From positions 23,560,001-23,624,000 of the forward strand of contig NC_135893.1 of the NCBI RefSeq assembly GCF_964194155.1: DNA of 64,000 bases, given 5' to 3'. Made by a program: the position numbers and the translations under genes. This document shows positions 12,070 through 25,618 of this stretch, in pieces. The number at the start of each line of letters is the position of its first letter. Within the stretch, counting starts at the first letter, position 1. The notes under the pieces were generated by a model, which was given only the letters and a program-made list of their open reading frames with translations, was not told where the DNA came from and ran no database searches. Source of the stretch: Cetorhinus maximus (taxonomy: Eukaryota).

Positions 12070-12410
12070 TTTTCGAAAATTCATACATGGGGTGTGGGCA
12101 TCACTGGCAAGGCTAGTAATTATTACCCATTCCTGGTTGCTGTTGGGAAGGTGGTGTTGAGTCAGTCTCCTGCCTGGCCATTTCAGAAAGCAGTTGAGAT
12201 GACCACATTGCTGTGGGTCTGGCGTCACACATACTGTATGTAGGCCAGACCAGGTGAGAATAGTGGATTTCCTCCCCTAAAGGCAGTCTGGTAGTTACAT
12301 GGTCACCATTATTGATACTAACTTTTGGGGGAATGGAGCTCGTGTCTCTGGACCATTAGCCTAGGCCTCCAGATTAGAAGTTCAGCAAAAGTACAACGAT
12401 ACTGCACCCT
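12070..12410 (-). mobile_element. HE1-like SINE, decayed
   Basis: Tail and core (GGCCAGACCAGGTGAG...ATTTCCTCCCCTAAAGG) similar to 818-1070. Confidence 0.55.
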
Positions 12411-13179
12411 GTACTACCAGATAGCATGAACACATTGTAGAAGTGGGTTCGGGAGGCAAGAGAGGGTTATTTGCATTGTGGGACTGTCCCCAGCAAGTGA
12501 AGGAAGCCTAAAAATTGCAATAAGATATGTACTGTATGGTAAAAGTCATTAATGTTGATGCCTGGGTATTATCAGGGAGAGGGGTCCTCTCAACAGCGAG
12601 CTAGTTCACAATAACTGGTTTTGGTTAGGACTGATTAATCTTTTTTTTTTGATCACTACACATTTAAATGTGGTGTTGTGAAGTGTGAATGCGTCTGCAG
12701 ACAAACCTCTTTCTGGGGAGAGGAAGGATTGTCCCCTTCAGGATGTCTTGCAGCGTTTTGCCAATCCTAGTGGTACAGCTAATGTTGCATCATCCTTGCT
12801 GCCCCAAGTGCCTTTCGTTTTCTATTTTAAAATGGCCATAAATCAAAAAGGCAGTGTGCCTTCTGTTGCAAGTGCCATATTTCTGAAACCTAAAGTAGGA
12901 TTTAATTTCAATTAACACGTGATTTGTGGTGCATTAAACTGGCGTTTGCCTATTCTGCTTTTTCTGATTTTAAAATCAGATTTTACTTTTGATTGCTTCC
13001 ACCCTGCCATCGTATTTACTAGGCTGCTTAAAGTATTTGCAATCCAGCTAATCTACTTAGGTTGATCATTGCCTGGCTTTGTGTCCATCTCTGTATATGG
13101 CTTGGTGTTCAGGTGAATATTGTTTCATAGGGTGGCTTTGTATGTACTTATGTGTTTGTTTGTGTTTCCTTTCTTACAG

Positions 13180-13229
13180 GAAATTGATCGACGACTGGAG
13201 GCAAAACTAAAGATCCAACAGAAGGAAAA
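13180..13229 (+). CDS. szrd1: SZRD1 exon 2
   Basis: tttcctttcttacag|GAAATTGATCGACGA... encodes EIDRRLEAKLKIQQKE; donor |GTAAGA; 50 nt, phases consistent. Confidence 0.95.
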
Positions 13230-14389
13230 GTAAGAACTATTTCTTTTTTAAAAAATCATTAAAATTGTTTGTTGTTGACTCCCCCAATGACTCAATTGGT
13301 AAACACCCCACTCTGTAAAATTGAGGGAAGTCCCTAGTCAGTGCTACCACAACAAATTCAAGAGTGAGAAATCGCCATTCAGCTTACCAAAGCTCATCCT
13401 AATATCCCAGATCTCCCATCACAGCCAACTCTAATCTGGATGTGATGTTTGCCAGCCTCACCAGAAGATTATTCTAGCCATTTAGCTGTCTTTGAGTAAA
13501 GGTGTTCTTCCTAATTTTTGTTTTGCATTAATTTAGTTTAATGTCCTTGGGTTGTGCTTTCCTAATTTTTGAAGTGCTGGGTTTGCTTGTTCCCTCGTAC
13601 TGGCTCCTATGTTTACATGAGCTAGAGAAGTGAAAAATCAACCAGAGTTCAGATACCTGATTGCTATTAGTGACCTCTGCTGGAAATATTGCACATGTAC
13701 CGTGCAAAAAGCACAGGATCAGACTTGGCTGTGGTGGTCTTCATGACTAGATATTCTGCTTAGGCTTCCTGTTGAAACTCGCAGCAGAAGGCTGATGTTG
13801 CTCATGGGAATGTAGCCCAGAATAAGCTGATGCATACCAGAGAGGAGCAAAGAGCATTAGGGAAAGGAAAATCTTTAAAAGACTATTGTAATTTTCCGAA
13901 GCTGGTATCCTGAAGGAGCTTTCTGATTCTGGTATTTGCAAATAATAATGTAAATGGAACAACCTTAGAGTTGCTGCTTATTAAGAAGGAAGACACATTG
14001 TAGTTGCCAATGACCACATAACATGCAGGTGTCACGCGATCCAGAGATCGTAACTCCAAGGTTGAGTTGTAATGTAAGCAAGAGGTTCAGATGACACAGC
14101 TGACTAGAGGTGAAGCTGGAGTATTTTGACTAACAGCCCTATAGTTACATTCAAAATGTTCCCAATTTCTGTTTGCATGGAAATTAAGTCCTGTTGATCT
14201 CACAGATTTTGTAAAGGGGCAAAACCTTTTTCATCTTTTTTCTAATGTCATCAAGACAGTTAAATGATAGAAGAGTGATAGTTCATAAACTAAACTAAAT
14301 CTAGAGAGGATAAAACTGTGGGTTCAAGGAGATTGCATTAAGGAAGAGAGAGGAGACACGCTGGAGGACTGCTGGACAGCTAAAATGAT

Positions 14390-17105
14390 CCTATTTTCAA
14401 AAAAGGGGGATAGAACAAATCCAGGGACTTATGGATCGGTTAGCGTAACATTGGTAGAAAAGTTATTAGAATCTTTACTCAAGATGTAATAGAAAAAAAA
14501 TGTAGAAACCAAAGCAGTAATAGCACAGATTTTAGAAAGGAAGGCCATGCTTGATCAACTTTATTGAATTCTTTGAAGAAGTAACAAAAAGTAGACAAAG
14601 GTAATTTGGTGGACATAGTAGTAATCTGGTGGACTTCCAGTTGCCTTTGATAATGTACTGTATTGTATAGTTCTGCCCTCTTTGAAGCACTTGATACTGA
14701 GAATGGTGCACTTGATACCAAGAATGGTAGCAATCGACCAATAAGGGGAGTTAAGAATATGAGAACATAAGAAATAGGAGCAGGAGTCAATCATACTGCC
14801 CCTCGAGCCTTCTCCACTATTCCAAGGATCATGGCTGACCATCGGTCTTAACTCCACTTCTGCTCACTCTCCATATCCTTTGATCCCCTGGGAGATCAAA
14901 CATCTTTCTGTCTCAACCTTAAATATATTCAGCAATGTAGTATCCACAACCCTCTGGAGTAGAGAATTCCAAACATTCACAAACTTTTGAGTGAAGAAAT
15001 TTCTCCTCTTCTCAGGCCTAAATGATCGGCCCTTTATGCTGAGACAGTGTCCCCCGTGTTCTAAACTCCCCAGCCAGAGGAAGCAAGCCCAGTGCGTACC
15101 CTGTCATGCCTCTTCAGAATTTTGTATGCTTCAATGAGATTACCTCTTTTTTTAATATCAACTTCTGACAGTATAGACCTAGTTTATCTCTGCCTCTAAT
15201 CATAGGACAACCCCCTCATCCCAGGAACCAATCTAGTGCCTCCAATGCAAGTATATCCTTCCTTGAATATGTGGACCACACTATACGTAGTACTCCAGGA
15301 GTGATCTTACCAAAGCCCTGTACAATTGTAGCAAGACTTCTTTACTTGTCCTCCAATCTCCTTGCAATAAAGGCTGGTTTACACTTGGAGGAAGTGGGCA
15401 TGGCTGAAGGACTACAGGAACATAGGAAATAGGAGCAGGAATAGGCCATTTGGCCCCTCGAGCCAGCTCTGCCATTCAACTAGATCGTGGCTGATCTTCT
15501 ACCTCAGCCATTTTCCATAGGATATACTAGATGAGTACTTTGCATCTGTCTTCATGAAGGAAGAAGATGTGGCTAATGTCATGGTGAAAGACACGGCAGT
15601 TTGAGATACTAGGGCCAAAAATTGAAAAAGAGAAGGTATTAGGCTGGCTGCACTTAAGGTTGATAAGTCACCAGAACTGGATGAAATGCATCAAAGGATA
15701 CTGAGGGAAGGAAGGGTGAAGATTGCAGGGTCACTAGCCATGATGTTCCAATCCTCCTTAGAGATAGGGGTGGTGCCAGAGGACTGGAGAATTCCAAATG
15801 CTGCACCCTTGTTCAAAAAATGGTGTAAGGGTAAGCCCAGCAACTGCAGGCCAGTCAGTTTAACCTCGGTGGTGGGAAAGGTTCTAGAAATGATAACCCA
15901 GGACAAAATTATTAGTTACTTGGACAAATGTGGATTTATTAAGGAAGATCATGGATTTTTTAAGGGCAAATCATATTAACGTTGTTGATAAATGGCCATA
16001 TAAAGATTTGTCAGCAAAGTTGAACCTCATTGAATAAAAGGGACAGTGGCAGCATGGATGTGAAAGTTGACCGAGTGACAGGAAATAGAGAATAGTGGTG
16101 AGCGGGTGTTTTGTGAAATAGAGCAAGGTATCTAATATTAGCAGCACTGCATTTCTTGATCTAAATTGATGACCTAGGCTAGGGTGTGTAGGGCACAATT
16201 TCAAAACTTGCAGATGACAAAACTTGGAAGTGTTAAGAACTTTGAGGAGGATAGTGATAGAGTTCAAGAGGGCATCAAGGTGGAATGGCGGATGTGTGGC
16301 AAACGACATTTAATGCAGAGAAGTGTGAAGTGACCCATTTTGTTGGGAAGGTCAAGGAGAGGCAGTATAAAAGGATACACATTCTAAAATGTGTGCAGAA
16401 GCAGAGGGATCTGGGGTATATATGCTCAAATTTTTCAGGGTTGGCAAGTCAGGTTGAGAAAGCAATTAATAAGGCATATGGAAATCCTGAGCTTTATAAA
16501 TAGAGACAGAATGTAAAAAAGCAGGGAAGTGCCCGGAATTAGCCACACTACTTCAATTGAGGCCAAACCAGTACTTTAAGGTTCGCCGTAAGTCTTCTGT
16601 CTAATTCTGGGCACCACACTTAGGAAGAATGTGAAGGCACTAGAGTGGGTGCAGAAAAGATTTACTAAATGGTTTTAAGGATGAGGGATTTCAGTTGGGT
16701 GAATATATTTGAGAAGCTGTTGTTGTTCTCCTTTAGAGAAGAGAAGGTTTAGAGGAGATTTGATAGAGGTGTTCAAAATCATGAGAGCTAGGACAGAGTA
16801 GATGGTGGAAGAGTTGTGATCTAGAGGATATTGACATAAGGTGAATGGCAAAAGAACCAAAGGTGACATGAGGGAAGAACCTTTCTATGCAGCGAGCGAT
16901 TAGGATCTGGAGTACACTGCCTGAGAGTGGTGAAGGCAGATTCAATCAAGGAAAAATTCTTTCAGGAAACAATTGTGATTATCTGAAAATAAATTTGCAG
17001 GGCCTCAAGGCAAAGGTTTGGGGAGTGGGACTAGCTGAGTTGCTCTTGCAGAGAGTTGGCACAGAAACAGTGGGCTGAGTGATCTCCTGTACTGTAACCA
17101 TTCTG
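14390..17105. mobile_element. Nested CR1 LINE cluster (plus-strand decayed ORF2 with minus-strand 3' fragments at ~14760-15520)
   Basis: ORF remnants VPEDWRIPNAAPLFKK...RPVSLTSVVGKVLE, WQTTFNAEKCEVTHF and LLQLYRALVR, with many stops and frameshifts. Confidence 0.85.
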
Positions 17106-19791
17106 ACTTTTTTCCTTTAAATTGGCTTGTTGGTCATTGTGTCAGCAGTTGGAGTCTCTACAGTTGGCTTCAGTGAATTGAGCTTGGGAGTGGGATGAGG
17201 AAAATCAGTCAGGGTTAGTGCTTTTAATCATTTATGTCATGATTCTCACTGAATGTGTAGACCAGCATTGATGACAGGATTACGGTAGAGTGAAATGGTT
17301 CTTACAATTGTGGCTTTTGATACTTGCAGGTGAAGAATGATTGCCTGAGTTTGAGTGCTGCATCCCAGCACTTCTCACTGCCTTTTATAGAAGGAAGTGG
17401 GGGGGAAATCATTTCTTCACTCTGACTAATTCATAGGCAAGGTTGAGGCAAAAGAGCATCTTTATTTTTCCCAATTTGGCAGTTAGGGAGTGCTGTTTTC
17501 CATTATCTGGACCAACTTCTCCAGGTGATTCAACAGATTAATAAGGCACTTATCACCGTTGCTGTTGGTGGGATTTGCAGCAGGCAAATTGGCTGCTGAT
17601 TTTATCCAATATCTACGACGCTTCAAAAGCAGTTGCGTGTTAAATGATTTTAAAAGCCTGAGGTGATGAAACTATGTAAGTGCAAGTACTTTTTGGAGGA
17701 GTGTGCTTATGTACTGAGTAACAGACTATGGATCTTGTGATACAAGGCATGTTGTGGACCTGGTATTGAGCAGCACACACATTAGCTTAGAAGAATTGCA
17801 TTTTTTGAACTAGCGTTGCAGTCAGTGATATGGGGAGGCAATAATGTGTGTACCCTTGCCATGCATTGTAAACTGAGTCAGACTGTCTTTCTGGTGGGTT
17901 GTGAAAGTGTATGGCAAAGCATACCAGCCATTGTATTGGCAATAGTTGAAAAATGGTAGTGGTAATAGACCTTCCAACCTCAGAACAATCATGAGAATAG
18001 GGGAATTTTGAAAGTTTTTTTTTAAAAGTCTATTTCAGAAATCAAAATTTGCTGGGGATTTCTAATCCTGCTTGTTATCCAATGATCAGTTCCACATCTA
18101 TGAATGAGTACATTTTAAGCTCCTCTGTTTGGAGGAAAGCTTGCCAATATTGACAGACTCCTGTTCCCAGTTCCAAATGATAGTCCAAAAGAAAATAGTC
18201 CTGTAGAACTGCAGAAAATTATTATTGGAACCTAGCAACAGAAGTAACATGTAGAAATCTGATAGGTGGACATAAATCTGAGGATCCTAGGTTGAAAATT
18301 TGTTCTATAAATGGAAAAGGAAAATCAGACTTGGCTATTTTTTCTGTGGGGAATTTGGGGGGAGAGGGAGCAACTTGCTTAGTTTTGTTGCTAGACCTGC
18401 ACATGAAGAATGTCCATTTTGCTGAGGTGGTGGAGGATCTTCATTACTCAGTTTAGCAGACTATGAATCCCCAGTAGCTTTAGAGGTGAGAGATTGGGCT
18501 GAGAAATTGAAAGGAAAAGATGTAGAACTCGTGTATCCAAGGAACTGGATTGCTTTGTGCTGAAAGTATTCGGGTAAATGCAGTGCAGTGAATTGAGGCG
18601 GGTAATCTCTTGTCCTTTTGGGGTAGAAGTGTACAACTGCAGGTGTGAGTCACTGAATAGTGCCATCCAGATAAGGAGAGTGATCTACATAGCATATTGT
18701 ATTACTGATCAAGGCAGTTATTTGCAGTGTGTTTCGCCCTTCAATCAAAAATATCTTAACTGATAGAACAGCCAGAATACCTGTACCTCTGACTTTGCCA
18801 GTAGTACAAGAAAAATTAAAAAGAATGTTGGGTTTCTGCAGCACAGAGAGCAATTAAACTTTGGTCTCACCCCTTGTTTATGTAATGGCGCTTGTGCATT
18901 TAATCAAAAGGACATTGTTTCACCTATACAGCGTGAAATTCTTTTATTTGGTGATGTGACAGTGCTATCCTTTATAAAAGTGCATCATCCAATTTACCAT
19001 GAACTTGGCTATGGGAGCTCCTAAATTGCAAAATAAAACCTGTTCGTTCCACAGCAGCAAAGTACTTTTCATCCTAAAGTTTCACTAAAAAGTCTGTAAC
19101 CAGTTGTAACAAGTGGTTCGATAACTTATGATTCCACTCCCTCCATCTCTGCTGCCTTACACTTAATGACTGCTACCAATAATTAAGATATTTACTTTGG
19201 ATAAGAGTTTCGGGTGGGGAGTGTAATTACTAAGATTCACAAGCTAATGCAGTTTTGTGGGACAGGCAGGGTGGAGCAGAGTGTTTTTTTTCCTGTCTGT
19301 CATTGTTTTTAAAAGTGAAACTTAAGTAATCTAAGATTGGAGGTGTAGTAAATACGGTCTGGAAGCTGCCATTTTGCTTGGATTTTTGGAAGTCGGAACA
19401 GAGAGGTTACATTACAGTACTGATTAGTAGGCTGAACGCAGACCAGGAACCTTCTGAATCTGTGCCTCAACTGAGCCATTGAACAGGCCTGCCTATTTTG
19501 TTATGGCAATTTAAAAAAAAAATCAGTCCCTTTCTTTGTCAGCCTAGCCTGACAAGAAGGGTGGGTGCACACTCTTGTAGGCAGTGCCATTGCACTACGT
19601 CATCACTTCATGTCTCTGCGTTACTGCTGCCGTTCTTCCTCAGCACAGCTTTTATTCAAGTTCTGCCATAACCTTTCCTGGTCCATCTTCGCTGTATGCT
19701 GCTTCTCATTTTTGTTTTAGACAAAGCACTGGAGGGAGGAGGATGGGGGGGGGAGTGGCATTCCAGAAATGACATTCTTGTATTTAAACAG

Positions 19792-20040
19792 GAAATCAAA
19801 GCTGGCACCTAAAGTTCCCATCGTCATACAGGATGATCTCCATCCAACACCCTGCACTCCACAGATCCGCATTCTAAAGAGACCGACGAGTAACGGGGTG
19901 GTCAGCACGCCGAACTCTGCTACAAGACCTCCTCCACAAGTCAAGTCACTGGCCCAGAGAGAAGCTGAATACGCAGAAGCACGGAAACGGATCCTAGGGA
20001 GTGCAAGTCCTGAAGAAGAAGATAAAACTAATACAGAGAG
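19792..20040 (+). CDS. szrd1: SZRD1 exon 3 (SUZ domain)
   Basis: [15 protein letters not shown]...[16 protein letters not shown]...[26 protein letters not shown]; acceptor aaacag|, donor AG|GTAAAT. Confidence 0.95.
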
Positions 20041-20249
20041 GTAAATGACAGGACAAAGGATTCTTCATCTACCAAAATTCAATTTTTGATCCATTTACAA
20101 TAACTGACTCAAGCTGAGAGTAGCAGCCATTTAGTCACTCACCAGGTACGAGTTTACCAATGTAGTACTAAACTGCACCTGCTGTAATTGATTCAGTGGC
20201 AGTTGTTGGTGATAATTATGCTATCCTATTTACACCTCCTCCAGACTAT

Positions 20250-20570
20250 TTTTTTCATTTAATTGTCCCATTACCTTTTGCCTTATACCATCATCCCTTT
20301 TGACATTTAATCTCTTCTACCTTCCAACCCATCACAGACCTTCCCTCCTGTTCTCCCTGTCCTATCATCATCTATCCCTGTCTTTGTACTCACTTAAAAG
20401 TATTTAGAACTCTTGACTTTTTCCAGTTCTGAAGGAAGGTAATTAACCTAAGACTTTAACTCCATTTCTATCTCTCTCCACAGTTGCTACCTGATCACTG
20501 AGTTGTTTCCAATATTTTCTGTTTTTATTTCAGGTTTCCAGCATCTGCAGTATCTTGCTTTTGTATTAGT
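20250..20570 (+). mobile_element. Penelope-like 3'/pLTR fragment
   Basis: Pyrimidine-rich tract followed by TTCTGAAGGAAGGT...CTCTCCACAG...TTTCCAGCATCTGCAG, as in the other pLTR copies. Confidence 0.6.
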
Positions 20571-23315
20571 AGGTAATTCATTGTCTTGTCTCAGAAATCC
20601 TGCAAGCATTCATATTTATCATCTTTTCATTTGAGCCTAGCATGTGACATCTATTTAAAAACCCACCCTTGGGAGGGAATGTAATCAGGCTTACTGTTGA
20701 ATCACTAGGAAAGATTTTGAGGGAGAGCCTTCCCATTTATGGTCAGAGGTAACAAAAAGATTATGGCAAAGCCCTGTATGTGGTTGGTCAGTAAGTTGGT
20801 GAGGTCTGCAGAGAGAGAGACCAATAAATTTCAGGCAGGTTTCCTTTAAGATAGCTTTGTATGTATTCTTATTTTGTTCAAGTACACAATCACATGATTT
20901 GTATATTGAACAGTACATGTATCTGAACTGAAGACCACCAATGGGAGTAACTGGTGCCATTGAATCACAAGAGGATAAGTAAAACTTGTAATAGTTCTCC
21001 CTTCTAATTGCTAGCCATTGACCTCTGCTAGAAAGTGCACATATATGAATACTGAGCGAGTACAGAATTAGATTTGCCTGTAATGCACCAGAGTCAAATT
21101 ACTTGCCAGTATTTGCACTTCTGCTCATCCCAGGTATCTGATTTCTGGCAGTAATTTCCGGCCAGACTTTCATTGCATCCAAATTAGGTCATTTATGTAC
21201 AGTGATGCCACTTGCCCCATCTCTAAGTAACTCAGTGGAGAACTATTTCCATCAATTTTAGCCAATGGGACCTAATAATTTACACAAAGGAACTGAGCAG
21301 TGGAATTCAATGAGTTGTTTGTTTGGGACACTTGAGGTACTTTACCTTAGTGACATTCATAGTTGGGATGAGAAGCTTGTTCCACTTGTTGCCATGTTGG
21401 GAATGGGGGTGAAGAAAAGTCCAGGTTCAATGAAAGGATTTATCATTTCAAATAACCTGTTGTTTCATGATTCACGAAAACATCCTAGCTCTTGGACACG
21501 TCTAACCCTGGCCATTACTGCTGAATTTAGCAACAGAAGAAGATTTTAATTCATTTTAGGCTGTCACTTATTTTGAAGACATTGATTGGGACAAACCTGA
21601 GGGATCTTTTCTTACAAGTGGCAAATTTCACCTACATATTTGGATTTAGCTGAAGTTACAAGTGGTTTCAGTACATCTGTATCCATGTGTGTTGAAACAA
21701 TGGATAAATATGCTAGTGTGACTGCAAGGGCCACATTCTAGTAAGTTTATTTCAAGTTTTATTAGGTTGACCTTAATCACTATCTCCTGTTATTAATTAC
21801 CTAATTTCAAAGCTTTAGAATGGACCAATTCCAACAGGTACATTTAGCAGGTTCATGTCAAATAACTAGCTTTGTACTTTTAAGCTCCCCATCACATTTA
21901 ATTGATGTTTTTGTATAGGTAGCACCAGAATTGCCTTGTTTGTAAATTAATTTTTAAAAATATTTTCTTTCCCTTCTCTCCTGAAGTCATGGACTTCTTG
22001 GGCCCATAAGCATGGGGGCCCTCTGGTACTTTGCTAAGTAGCTCAGTGAGCACTGAGTGACACAGTGAGATGAATTGTTTACTTCAGACATTCTTAAGGA
22101 CAAAAGCCCATGATAGATTTGGATAGCTTCTCCCTGTGATTTGAGAATTATGCCTGTCACAAGCAAACACTACTCCATCTTTTTATCCTAATGTTTTATG
22201 CGTCAGAAATGGGACACCAGTTGTGGTGTGTAGAAGATCCTTGTGTTGACAGAACTAGGTCAGTTTGTAAAGCTGTGTGAATTTCTTCTTTAAGACACGT
22301 ACACCCAAGTGAACTGCTTGCAAATGGAAACTGGCTAAACGATAAAGTAAATGCATCGTACATTATCGGCTTGCGTGCAGAAAATCTGTACCATGTTGAA
22401 AGTTGTTCTTCTAAGCCTAGAGATATATATTTAAATTGACAGCAGTTGGACAGGATGTTGTCTGTTTGTTTTCTATCAGATGGAGACCATACTTGTGTGC
22501 TGCTAGATTAGAATCCTTTGGTATGTGAGGGATAATGTGTCTCAATGAATAAGACCCTTCAAGATGGGTATATTTTTATTTATCCTCTTCTGTCTGGGAT
22601 AGGTTTGTACTTGGTATGATTTTCTTTTAAACCATCTTGTCAGCAAAATTTGATCTGTAGCGATCAGCTTATAATTTGCACCCTTTTCTCTAGTTATATG
22701 CCATTTTTGGAAAAAATGGTTGAAAAGATTTTGATAGCCCTGAAAACACGTTGCGTTCATGCCAGTTTTCATGCATGCTTCAGGAGGTTGGCTGTGCTGA
22801 TGTTCCATCAAAAGTGCCCCCTTTTTCAGATTGTGTATTTTTTTTGCTGTCAAGTAAAAATTTCAAAAACATTTTCCTGTTCCTTAATTAGTAAAAAAGG
22901 AAGCTCCATATGGGAACTTTGATTAGATTTTTGGGAGAAAGGAAAATGAAGTGTCTTTCAACTCATCTAGATATCTAAGGTTGAACTGTGAAGTCAGTTG
23001 ACATTCCATGTGGACACACCAGTATTGGATGAAGTTCAGGTTGGACACTTCATATAGTTATTTGTATATTGTGTATTGCTGTCACACTTTGTGCACAGGA
23101 TCCATACCTGTTTGTGAACAGAACATACTTAAAGCATTCAGGGACATAGCAATGTCTAATCCTCAATCCTTTTGGGATAAATATCATCTCTTAAATGTTG
23201 AAAATAGCACAATGGTCTACTCCTGGTTGTAACAGTATGTATGATCAAGAACTTGACATTCTCAACACTAGCCTGATATTATCTCCAGCAAAAGCTAATC
23301 ATGTTTATTTTTCAG

Positions 23316-23418
23316 GCCAATCAGGATCACCCAGTTGGAGGAGACGAGGCAGCAGAGCTGTGTAATTCGACAGCCCCTGGGCCCTGATGGTACACAAGGC
23401 TTCAAACAGCGCAGATAA
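23316..23418 (+). CDS. szrd1: SZRD1 exon 4 coding part (SUZ-C motif), stop TAA
   Basis: tttatttttcag|G CCA ATC AGG... encodes [33 protein letters not shown]. Total CDS 51+50+249+103=453 nt = 150 aa plus stop. Confidence 0.95.
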
Positions 23419-25612
23419 AACGTGGGCCAGCGAGCGCGCTTTGTAAAACAGAACTTTCCAGGACCGAGCGTGCAGTGTTGGACAGAGAGAACGGACTCAA
23501 GCAGAGGACCTGATCTGCTTCTCTTGCACTGTGATTCCCCCTTTGCTCCGCCCACTGTGACTTTTCTCTTTGCGCACTGTGACCCCTGCTCCGCCCACTG
23601 TGGTTGGCACACTGCTGTGAGCTCTCTAAGGAAACCGTGAAGGGGAGGTTTCTTGCAATCAGACTGGCCAAGAATACATTGTGTGCCATTTCTAACCAGA
23701 AATTTGCTCCAGCAATAATACTGTTTAAGAATGTTCGATAGTTTATCTTTTAATTTCAGAAAAGAGTTTGACTATGTATTAGTGATGGGTGCTGTTTGTC
23801 CTATTTCAGCCCACACTTCACAGGATTATTTTGGTTTCTTCCCATCTGACCCATTGCCACAAGATAGTCTTTTAAGAGTAATTATATTACTATGTGAAGT
23901 ACATCAAAAAATCCATCAGAAATGCACCCATTTTAAGTTTGGCTCATCTTTAGCTATTTATTGTAGGCTGTATTTAAAATAAATGTTTTCAAAACATCTA
24001 TCTGGAGAAAGAGGCCAAAAACATGAAATGATCCACAAAAGCAATGTGGAGCACAGACTTGGGCTGTTTGGCACAGCAGACCAAGGGGTACATAGCAGTT
24101 GTGTTCAGTAGTGCAAGTGGTCTGTTGTACAACCAATTCCTGTCCTCGCATCCATAGTAAGCGAGCAAGTCCATCAGTTACCAGTGAACTAGTTTGGGGG
24201 GGGTGGGTGCGGCGGGGGTAGGAAAAGAGAGAAGCTCGGAATAGCGGCCGTGAATGTTGCTGTATCTCACCCACCTAAATGTGGTTAGCTGCGTTGGCTA
24301 AATCCCAGCTGATCACCAGGATTTATTTTTTATATCAAATACTAATACGGTGGTGTGATTTAAAAATATGGCGTACCAGGGTAGCACTTAAGGTGCTAGC
24401 GGCATAATGCTGTGGTCACGTGATCTTATTCCAGCACTGCCTTATGCTCAAATTCACCAGCTATGCTTTGTGCATGATGGTTTTTGGTATAAACTGCAGG
24501 ATAGGTATAACTTGCAGTAGTAGAAAATCTCTTTGTAAAAGAGGAAGTTTCGGCAAAGGCCATGTCTGTAGTTAATGCTGCTCCCATTGTGAGTCAGTGC
24601 AGAGCAGTATTGCTTCAGAAACTGGGAAAGTTTTCAACGTGTTCTGTTTGGAACCTTTCCAGTTTTACGAAGGGGAGAAATAAGAGGAAGAGAGAAGGAC
24701 AAGGAATAAATGTAATTTTTTTTTTAAAAAAGGGAAATAAAATGGCTCCAATCACATTATATGTTGCTTAGAGAAGCTGAAAGGTTTGAGGCTAAGTAGT
24801 GGAGCCTGAGATTTTGGTACTGTTTTTTGTCTCCCATCTGGTGGTTGTGTGCATTCTGTGCCCTGCTGTCTGACACTAAAGCGAGGTGTTGCAGTTACTG
24901 CCCATCACTAGTACATACTCTTAGTATTTTTCAAGGCAATGCCTTTATTTTCTAGAATTTAAAAAGAAAAGCTGTTTCTAGGTCCATCTAATGTTAAAAG
25001 GGCACGTATGTAATTTCCTTGTGTGGCTCGCACATGAATCATCTGTCTTGTGTGTGCGCAAATGCGCATGTGCTTGTGTATGTGTGTATTCTGTATATGT
25101 CTGCCTGCGAACAAAATATTGCTTCTGTGTGGGGGGGCTGGGGTGGGATGGAGTGGAGATTAATTGATGAAGATTGGTAAATTTCAACCAGTGCTTGGAA
25201 AAAAAATATTAGCTGCCTCCCTCCTGTACAGCTGCTAGCACAGCCTCTCAATACTCTAGCCATCAAATTATTTGCCTGAGGCATAAAACCTGGCTGAATT
25301 GATTTGGACTGGGGTTGAATAGACTTCAAATGCTGTCCTTGGTCATGATGAAAACTGTAATATGTCAGACCCTAGAAGATTTTTAAACTTTTATAACGAA
25401 TAGTATTCAAAGTGCTTCCCCAGCAATTGTTAATGTAATCTTTTATTTTCCTGCATAGCTTGTTCCCAGGTTTGGGTTGTCAGTTATTTTCACACTACCT
25501 AGCATTTCACTTGATCAACAGACTGACACCAAACCTGATCTCTGGTGTTGATGAACTTGGTGCAACTGGAACAATTGCCTAAGACTCTTCAGAATATACT
25601 TGTTCTGTAAAT

Positions 25613-25618
25613 AATAAA
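25613..25618 (+). terminator. Candidate polyadenylation signal ending a ~2.2 kb SZRD1 3'UTR
   Basis: AATAAA in a tgtaaataataaaat context at the end of a transposon-free, UTR-like tract. Other AATAAA hexamers occur nearer the stop. Confidence 0.4.

Noticed and set aside
25040-25100. TG-rich tract with GCGCAAATGCGCATGTGC, an NRF1-like motif
   Set aside because: Lies in a 3'UTR-like simple-repeat context with no CpG island.
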